Shown piece after piece: positions 58,235-64,000 of a stretch of 64,000 bases of DNA. Positions within the stretch are counted from its first letter, which is position 1. Every line of letters begins with the position of its first letter. This DNA is from Actinobacteria bacterium UBA4426 (lineage in GTDB: Bacteria > Actinomycetota > Actinomycetes > S36-B12), in assembly GCA_002390705.1 (NCBI GenBank), contig DGQA01000002.1:50845-114844 (forward strand), in the 5' to 3' direction. The notes beneath the pieces are model-generated. The model was given only the letters and a program-made list of their open reading frames with translations. It did no database searches and was not told the origin of the DNA. The position numbers and the translations under genes were made by a program.

Positions 58235-59244
58235 GTGACATTGTTGAACCAATACCTGGAGTACCACTGGCTAAGTCCCCGCACCCACTCACCGGCTACG
58301 CCCTATATCTCACTGCCGCCCTTCTTTTTGCCCTGAGTGGGTCTGTTTCTAAGGCCATTTTGCTTACCGGAATTGACCCCGAACGGCTCTCCCAACTCAG
58401 GGTCACGGGCGCCTTTGTGGTCTTACTCCTATTTGTCGCGATTAAGCAGCCGCAGGCACTTCGTATTTCTTTGAGAGAAATTCCGATCTTACTTGCCTAT
58501 GGGATTCTTGGCGTTGCAATGACGCAGTATCTGTTCTTTGTCGCACTCACCTACCTGCCCGTGAGTGTCGCCCTACTAATTGAGTTCACCGCACCGGTCA
58601 TGATCGCCTTGTGGTTCCGTTTCGTCTGGAAGGAACCCACTAAACGCACGGTCTGGATCGCCCTTGCCATGGCAACCACCGGTCTCGCACTCGTTGCCCA
58701 AGTGTGGCTCGGTTTTGCTGTGAATGCTGTGGGTGTGGTCGCCGCACTCGGTGCCGCATTCGCCTTATCAACCTTCTACATCTTGGGGGATCGACAAATG
58801 CGGATTGAAAAACCGCGTGATCCTGTCTCTTTGACAATGTGGGGGTTTGCCGCCGCGTCGCTGATGTGGGCGCTCACCCAACCTTGGTGGTTTTTCCCGT
58901 GGGATGCACTCTCCGGAACCACAGAACTCGAGGGCAGCATCAACCTCTCATTTCCCATCTGGTTCCTCGTCTTCTGGATGATCCTATTTGGGACCGTCAT
59001 TACATTTTCACTCGTCTTGACCTCGATGAAACATCTTCGCGCTTCGCAGGCGTCCACCGTCGGCCTTAGCGAACCGTTATTTGCCACCATCATTGCTTGG
59101 GCACTACTCGGCGAATCGCTCACCGCAATCCAGATCTTGGGGGGGACTCTGATTATTGTTGGCGTCTTCATTGCAGAGCGGGCAAGGATCACGACCGGCA
59201 TTGATGTGGACCGAGCAAGGAATTCGATGGACTGCGATACTTGA
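58231..59244 (+). CDS. EamA/DMT family transporter
   Basis: About 10 TM segments in two repeats; LLIEFTAP, EPLFA, LLGE. Confidence 0.9.
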   Translation: MSDIVEPIPGVPLAKSPHPLTGYALYLTAALLFALSGSVSKAILLTGIDPERLSQLRVTGAFVVLLLFVAIKQPQALRISLREIPILLAYGILGVAMTQYLFFVALTYLPVSVALLIEFTAPVMIALWFRFVWKEPTKRTVWIALAMATTGLALVAQVWLGFAVNAVGVVAALGAAFALSTFYILGDRQMRIEKPRDPVSLTMWGFAAASLMWALTQPWWFFPWDALSGTTELEGSINLSFPIWFLVFWMILFGTVITFSLVLTSMKHLRASQASTVGLSEPLFATIIAWALLGESLTAIQILGGTLIIVGVFIAERARITTGIDVDRARNSMDCDT

Positions 59245-59250
59245 TGCGTG

Positions 59251-60453
59251 ATGGAAATGAAGGTTCTGATTGTTGGCGCCGGGCTAGGCGGTCTGCGAAC
59301 CGCCGAGGCGTTACGGTCCAACGGCTTTTCCGGTGAGATAGTCATTGTGGGAGATGAATCCCACCAGCCATACAACCGCCCGCCCCTGTCAAAGGAGGCA
59401 CTGTACTCGGGGTTGTCCCACGAAGACCTTAAATTCCGGCAACGCGATTCAGTGGCTGACGTATCTTGGGTCCTGGGTAGTGCGGCCGAGAAATTGGACC
59501 TCGCGGAGCAGAAAGTAATACTTGCCGATGGCACAAGCCGCGCCTTCGACGCACTCGTGGTTTCCACGGGAATCCGGCCACGACTTTTACCCATACCTGG
59601 CCCGACACAAGGCCTTTTCACTCTGCGCACTCTCAACGATGCGCAATCACTGCAGGCAGCAATCGGGCCAGGGGTCAATGTAGTAATTCTGGGCAGTGGC
59701 TTTATCGGTTGTGAGCTTGCCGCAACCGCCACCACATTGGGCGCCAATGTTCACGTGGTCTCACTTGACATCGAACCAATGGTTATTCCCATGGGTGTTG
59801 ACCTTGGTGCGGCAATGCGAAAGCGACATGAGACAAAGGGCGTCACTTTCCATTTGGGTCATACGGTAGAAAAATTTAATGGTGATCACCGCATTGAAAG
59901 TGTGACTTTAGACTCCGGCGAGGTGATCACAGCGAGTGTTGTTATTGAAGCAGTTGGCTCAGTGCCCAATACGCAATGGTTGCACGACAATGGCCTCCAT
60001 CTTGATGATGGGGTCCTTGTCGATTCCAATATGCGTGCACTCGGAGCGCAGATTCCCATTTATGCCGTGGGCGACATCTCGAATCATCCCAATAAGTTTT
60101 ACGGGGATCGGACCAGACGTATTGAGCATTGGAATATGCCCACTGAAACGGGAAAGCGCGCCGGCGCTGCCCTCGCAGCCGAACTTGCTGGACGAGATCT
60201 ACCCGCAGATGAATTCTTTGCCCTTCCCGCCTTTTGGTCCGATCAATACGAGTTTCAGTTGCAGTCTTATGGTTTGCCGGGGGCCGGGGCCAGTCACCGG
60301 GTTGCCAGCGGTGCACTTGATGGTGCGTGCATTGTCGAATACTTTGATGAAGCAGGTGTGCTGTGCGGCGTCATTGGAATCGACACCGTCAAAGAGCTCC
60401 TGCCCTATCGCACACAATTCATGGCAGCCAAGTCATGGGAGCCAAATAGATAA
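59251..60453 (+). CDS. NAD(P)/FAD-dependent oxidoreductase (ferredoxin reductase-like)
   Basis: GAGLGG, PYNRPPLSK, GSGFIGCE, YAVGD, RIEHW, FWSDQY. Confidence 0.9.
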   Translation: MEMKVLIVGAGLGGLRTAEALRSNGFSGEIVIVGDESHQPYNRPPLSKEALYSGLSHEDLKFRQRDSVADVSWVLGSAAEKLDLAEQKVILADGTSRAFDALVVSTGIRPRLLPIPGPTQGLFTLRTLNDAQSLQAAIGPGVNVVILGSGFIGCELAATATTLGANVHVVSLDIEPMVIPMGVDLGAAMRKRHETKGVTFHLGHTVEKFNGDHRIESVTLDSGEVITASVVIEAVGSVPNTQWLHDNGLHLDDGVLVDSNMRALGAQIPIYAVGDISNHPNKFYGDRTRRIEHWNMPTETGKRAGAALAAELAGRDLPADEFFALPAFWSDQYEFQLQSYGLPGAGASHRVASGALDGACIVEYFDEAGVLCGVIGIDTVKELLPYRTQFMAAKSWEPNR

Positions 60454-61868
60454 TGGGTTCACTCTCACTCGGACCTGATCGCGACCGGGTTCTTGATCAT
60501 GCCGCACACATTGTTTCTCGCATGTGGGCTGAGTTTGATGTTGCCCGGGACACCCAACCCGAGACCTCGGAGGAGCTGGCACTACTGCTGGCGGAAGGGT
60601 TGCCCCAGGATCCATCAGATCCGATTGCAGCTCTTGACATTGCCGCCGAGGCCTTGGATTCAAGTTTGACCCAAGCCCGGCCACGCTACCTGGCCTACAT
60701 CGGATCAAGTGGCCTAGAAATTGGTGCGCTCGGCGATCTACTCGCCCACTCACATGATCCCAATCTCGCTCTCGATGCCGGGAGCGCGTCCGATATTGAA
60801 CGTCAGACGATTTCTTGGCTAGGTGAGTTCCTCGGCTATCACAATGCCCAGGGGTTCTTCACTTCCGGTGGAACGGTAAGCAATTTGACCGCACTTGCGG
60901 CCGCACGCGAAAAGGCGCTTCCTCAGAGTAGAAGTACCGGCATGGGTTCGCACACCCTCGCCTTGTATTGCTCGGCGGAAGCCCATTACTCGGTCACGCG
61001 GGCAGCCGAAATCTTGGGAATCGGCGGAAACAATGTGCGGTCAATTGACATAGATTCTCAACGCCGACTTAAGCCCGATGCATTGGCTCGCGCAATTGAA
61101 ATTGATCGTTCCGCAGGAGTTATTCCCATGGCGGTAGTTGCCACAGCCGGCACAACACTCACCGGAGCGGTCGATCCAATCGGCGAGATCGCCGACATCT
61201 GCGGTGATATTTGGCTGCACGTTGATGGTGCCTACGGTTTACCCGCTGCCGCAACGCACAGTGCCGGATCACTTTTCGCAGGTCTAGATCGGGCTGACTC
61301 CTTGAGCATTGATGCTCACAAATGGCTCTTTGTCCCCAAGGCGTGCAGTGCCTTGCTCGTGAAAAAGCCTGAGCTGCTCGCCCGAGCGTTCTCACATAAT
61401 GAGGCTTATATTCCCCACGAGCACGGCGATACCAATGCTGTTGATGTAACTCTGGAGTACTCCCGTCCCCTGCGCGCTCTCAAACTGTGGCTGGCATTCA
61501 AAGTTCACGGGGCACAGGGAATGCGCGATGGGGTCGACGCCAATCTTGCTCAAGCCCAATTGCTGTACACATTGGCACACTCAGCACCTGACTTCGATGT
61601 TCTTGAATCAATTCCACAACTGTCCACCGTCCCACTGAGGCATGTCCCCCAGAGTATTTCCGCCGCGGATAGCTCGCGGATCAATGCACACAATGCTGCC
61701 TTACAACTCGCACTTGTGGCAGACGGCCGGATCTATATTTCACCCGCGCAAATTGACGGCAACACCTGGTTGCGTCCGTGTTTTACCAATTTCCGAACAA
61801 CGAATGCGGATGTACAGGTGGCATTTGACGTGATCAGGGAAGTAAGCAACGCACTCGCGAGCGCCTAG
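60453..61868 (+). CDS. Group II PLP-dependent decarboxylase
   Basis: FTSGGTVSN, AHYSV, TAGTT.TGAVD, WLHVDGAYG, DAHKW. Confidence 0.92.
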   Translation: MGSLSLGPDRDRVLDHAAHIVSRMWAEFDVARDTQPETSEELALLLAEGLPQDPSDPIAALDIAAEALDSSLTQARPRYLAYIGSSGLEIGALGDLLAHSHDPNLALDAGSASDIERQTISWLGEFLGYHNAQGFFTSGGTVSNLTALAAAREKALPQSRSTGMGSHTLALYCSAEAHYSVTRAAEILGIGGNNVRSIDIDSQRRLKPDALARAIEIDRSAGVIPMAVVATAGTTLTGAVDPIGEIADICGDIWLHVDGAYGLPAAATHSAGSLFAGLDRADSLSIDAHKWLFVPKACSALLVKKPELLARAFSHNEAYIPHEHGDTNAVDVTLEYSRPLRALKLWLAFKVHGAQGMRDGVDANLAQAQLLYTLAHSAPDFDVLESIPQLSTVPLRHVPQSISAADSSRINAHNAALQLALVADGRIYISPAQIDGNTWLRPCFTNFRTTNADVQVAFDVIREVSNALASA

Positions 61869-61882
61869 ACCATACTGTCCCA

Positions 61883-63400
61883 ATGGGTGTGAGCTTTCCA
61901 CAAGGTGGAGACCATAAGCGCAGTACTACGGCGACGGGCCGCGCAATTTTTGCCGACTCCGTCCGCTCGATCGATCCAGCGCTTTCGGCAAGAATTGAGC
62001 ACACAAAAGATTGGCGTAAAGGGTACATTGAGCCCCTGCGCGAAATCGTGATCGCAGCTTCACACACCCCCGAATCCGCAATTGAAATTTCTCAAGCTGG
62101 CCTTGAATCTGCCCATCGGCGTTTTGTCTTCGCCCAACCCGGTCAGGACATTGCGCTAGAAGCAGCCCTTGATCAGGGGCCTCGGCCGATTGAGTCGCTC
62201 ACAGTTTCCGGGCGCGCTTCGCGTGAAGTGGATCTTTCTATTCCTTATCGCGGTCGCCGGATTTTTGGCAGCGACCTGCGCAAGCAAGTGGACCAGTGGG
62301 TCGCTAACGGAATTGCAGAGCCCAGTTTTGGCATTGCACTTCATTTACTCATGGATAACCCGGACTGGCTTGATCTTTCGGGAACCGATATTGCTGTCCT
62401 TGGCGCCGGAGCAGAAATGGCCCCCACTCGCTCACTGTTGCGGTGGGGTGCGCGGATCCATGCGTTGGACCTACCACGGCCAGATATCTGGCAGCGACTC
62501 ATTGATATTGCCCGCAATACTTCAGGCTCAATTCGGGTTCCCATTAGTCCAAGCGACGTGGGCGAGATGCCTTTTGTCACCGGCGGAATTGTCCACACCG
62601 AGGATGACGCGGTTGTTGCCGCTGCTGCCGGGGTTGACTTACTTGAACAGCCCTGTGAGATTGCGCAGTGGCTTAATGAAATTACGAATCCCTTTGTTCT
62701 TGGCAACTACACCTACGCCGACGGCGCAACCCATGCCACTTTGAGCATGAGTGCTGACGCAATTTTTAGAAAGCTTGATTCCCAACGCAAGGACATCACC
62801 CTTGCATTCCTTGCTACACCCACAGACGTATTCATGGTGCCCTTATCGTGTGTGAACGAATCTCGTAACCGTTGGGAATCACGAGGCTTCACCGGAATTA
62901 TGCAAACACCACTGCGAGCATTCGGTCAATTTGAACCAAACTATCCGCGGACTTACCGCACAAAAATCGGGGCGGAAGTCGGACTCAACGACTCACTCGT
63001 CCCCCAACAAGGTCCCAATTACTTACTTGCAAAACGCATCCAGCGGTGGCGCGCCCTTGCTGCTCGCGCCGACGGTGTCCCTGTCTCACTCAACCTGGCA
63101 CCGGCAACCCGGACCCAGTCCGTGGTCAAGAATCGTGCGCTGGCCGCGGCCTACGCCGGCGCTGGCCGCTTCGGCATCGAAGTCTTTGAGCCTGCAACAT
63201 CAACCGCCCTCATGGCCGCACTCCTTGTTCACGACTTGCGCAATCCGCTCTCAGTTGCCAATCCCAGCACCACCTTGAGCAATCCAATGGATCTGTTTGT
63301 CGTGGGCGCGAATCATGGTGGCCTCTGGAGTTCGGCCTATGCCCCCCGTTCCGTTTTAGGGGTCGCCGCGGTACTGGGCATGTTTGAGTCGCGGGCGTAA
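61883..63400 (+). CDS. Hypothetical protein with a Rossmann-like motif
   Basis: 505-aa co-oriented ORF; IAVLGAGAEMAP, QQGPNY.LAKR, HGGLW; no family recognised. Confidence 0.75.
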   Translation: MGVSFPQGGDHKRSTTATGRAIFADSVRSIDPALSARIEHTKDWRKGYIEPLREIVIAASHTPESAIEISQAGLESAHRRFVFAQPGQDIALEAALDQGPRPIESLTVSGRASREVDLSIPYRGRRIFGSDLRKQVDQWVANGIAEPSFGIALHLLMDNPDWLDLSGTDIAVLGAGAEMAPTRSLLRWGARIHALDLPRPDIWQRLIDIARNTSGSIRVPISPSDVGEMPFVTGGIVHTEDDAVVAAAAGVDLLEQPCEIAQWLNEITNPFVLGNYTYADGATHATLSMSADAIFRKLDSQRKDITLAFLATPTDVFMVPLSCVNESRNRWESRGFTGIMQTPLRAFGQFEPNYPRTYRTKIGAEVGLNDSLVPQQGPNYLLAKRIQRWRALAARADGVPVSLNLAPATRTQSVVKNRALAAAYAGAGRFGIEVFEPATSTALMAALLVHDLRNPLSVANPSTTLSNPMDLFVVGANHGGLWSSAYAPRSVLGVAAVLGMFESRA

Positions 63401-63410
63401 GGAAAGTAGA

Positions 63411-63449
63411 AATAGGAAAACCCGCGTAACTGGGGGGTGTCACGCGGGC
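63411..63449 (-). terminator. Terminator-like hairpin with a C6 loop on the minus strand
   Basis: Minus strand GCCCGCGTGAC-ACCCCCCA-GTTACGCGGGT followed by TTTCCTATT. Confidence 0.5.
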
Positions 63450-63559
63450 TCTCGATCAACTCGAGCAACTCGAGCGATAGCCACTATTGTTCACGATAAA
63501 TTCGCAGGTGTCACGTTAATGACGGCCGCTATGGAAACGACCCAACTAGTCTTGAGCCT

Positions 63560-64000
63560 GTGCATAACCCCGAGGTCAGCGTCATTTTGCTTACGGGCGG
63601 CTCTAGCCGGCGGATGGGCACCGACAAAGCGTCCGTGAAATTGGGAAACGACACCTTGCTTGACTTCCAACTGGCCCAAATTCCTACCGGTGTGCCCACA
63701 ATCGTGGTCGGGGAAGCCGTGACCACCCACCCTGAAGTGGTGTTCACCCGCGAGGATCCACCCGGCTCCGGGCCTGTTGCCGCGGTCTCGGCTGGCTTGG
63801 CGCTTACCCGCACGTCCGTGGTGGTAATACTCGCTGTCGACACCCCATTCGCCCTGCCACATCTACTGCGCCTGCACCTTAGCCCCAATGACACTGCGCT
63901 GATTCCACAAGATCTGACGGGAAAGCCACAGTATCTGGCCGGGACTTACCACAGCACGGCCTTACAAGCGGCACTCGACGGACTCGGTGACCCGACCAAC
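63560..64000 (+). CDS. mobA: Molybdenum cofactor guanylyltransferase (3' end outside window)
   Basis: Read manually: VILLTGGSSRRMGTDKA, REDPPGSGPVAAV.AGL, LAVDTPF; absent from the ORF track because it has no stop in the window. Confidence 0.88.
   Translation, partial: MHNPEVSVILLTGGSSRRMGTDKASVKLGNDTLLDFQLAQIPTGVPTIVVGEAVTTHPEVVFTREDPPGSGPVAAVSAGLALTRTSVVVILAVDTPFALPHLLRLHLSPNDTALIPQDLTGKPQYLAGTYHSTALQAALDGLGDPTN

Noticed and set aside
58776-59747. 323-aa minus-strand ORF
   Set aside because: Antisense to the EamA and oxidoreductase genes, which both have clear family motifs
63491-63894. Two minus-strand ORFs at the window end
   Set aside because: Shadows of mobA on the plus strand
1-64000. 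CRISPR arrays, tRNA/rRNA genes, integrases, transposases, phage or defence genes
   Set aside because: No repeat-spacer periodicity, RNA-gene signatures or recombinase motifs were found by eye; a short RNA gene could still have been missed

Overview
Actinobacterial chromosomal window (mshD, glnR, glgC/glgM, DUF2516, Rv0474-like XRE gene; moderate GC by eye). Positions ~1-1020 and ~37900-64000 are housekeeping backbone: gpmA, asparaginase II, dtd, ygfZ, fur, glnR, mshD, ppk1-CYTH/CHAD-mutT1-pstSCAB, a secreted trypsin, glgC/glgM and mobA. Between them is a ~37-kb catabolic block that separates the XRE/HbhA-position genes from their usual DUF2516 neighbour; it has no integrase, transposase or tRNA. 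The main candidate for an undescribed system is in this block: two paralogous pairs of luciferase-like (LLM) genes, each an A-type then a B-type gene and each preceded by a related 25-bp site. They flank a TrmB regulator and a CoA-dependent ring-opening module (PaaK-like ligase, BadI-like hydrolase, 3-hydroxyacyl-CoA dehydrogenase, CaiB transferase, collapsed thiolase). Next to them are an ABC importer, a tandem EthD protein, a 2,6-dihydroxypyridine 3-hydroxylase-like enzyme, a PxpABC+AccBC module, an amino-alcohol kinase/phospho-lyase pair, an HpsN-like HisD paralog and a lactonase operon. All calls come from reading motifs by eye; no database searches were run and substrates are inferences.
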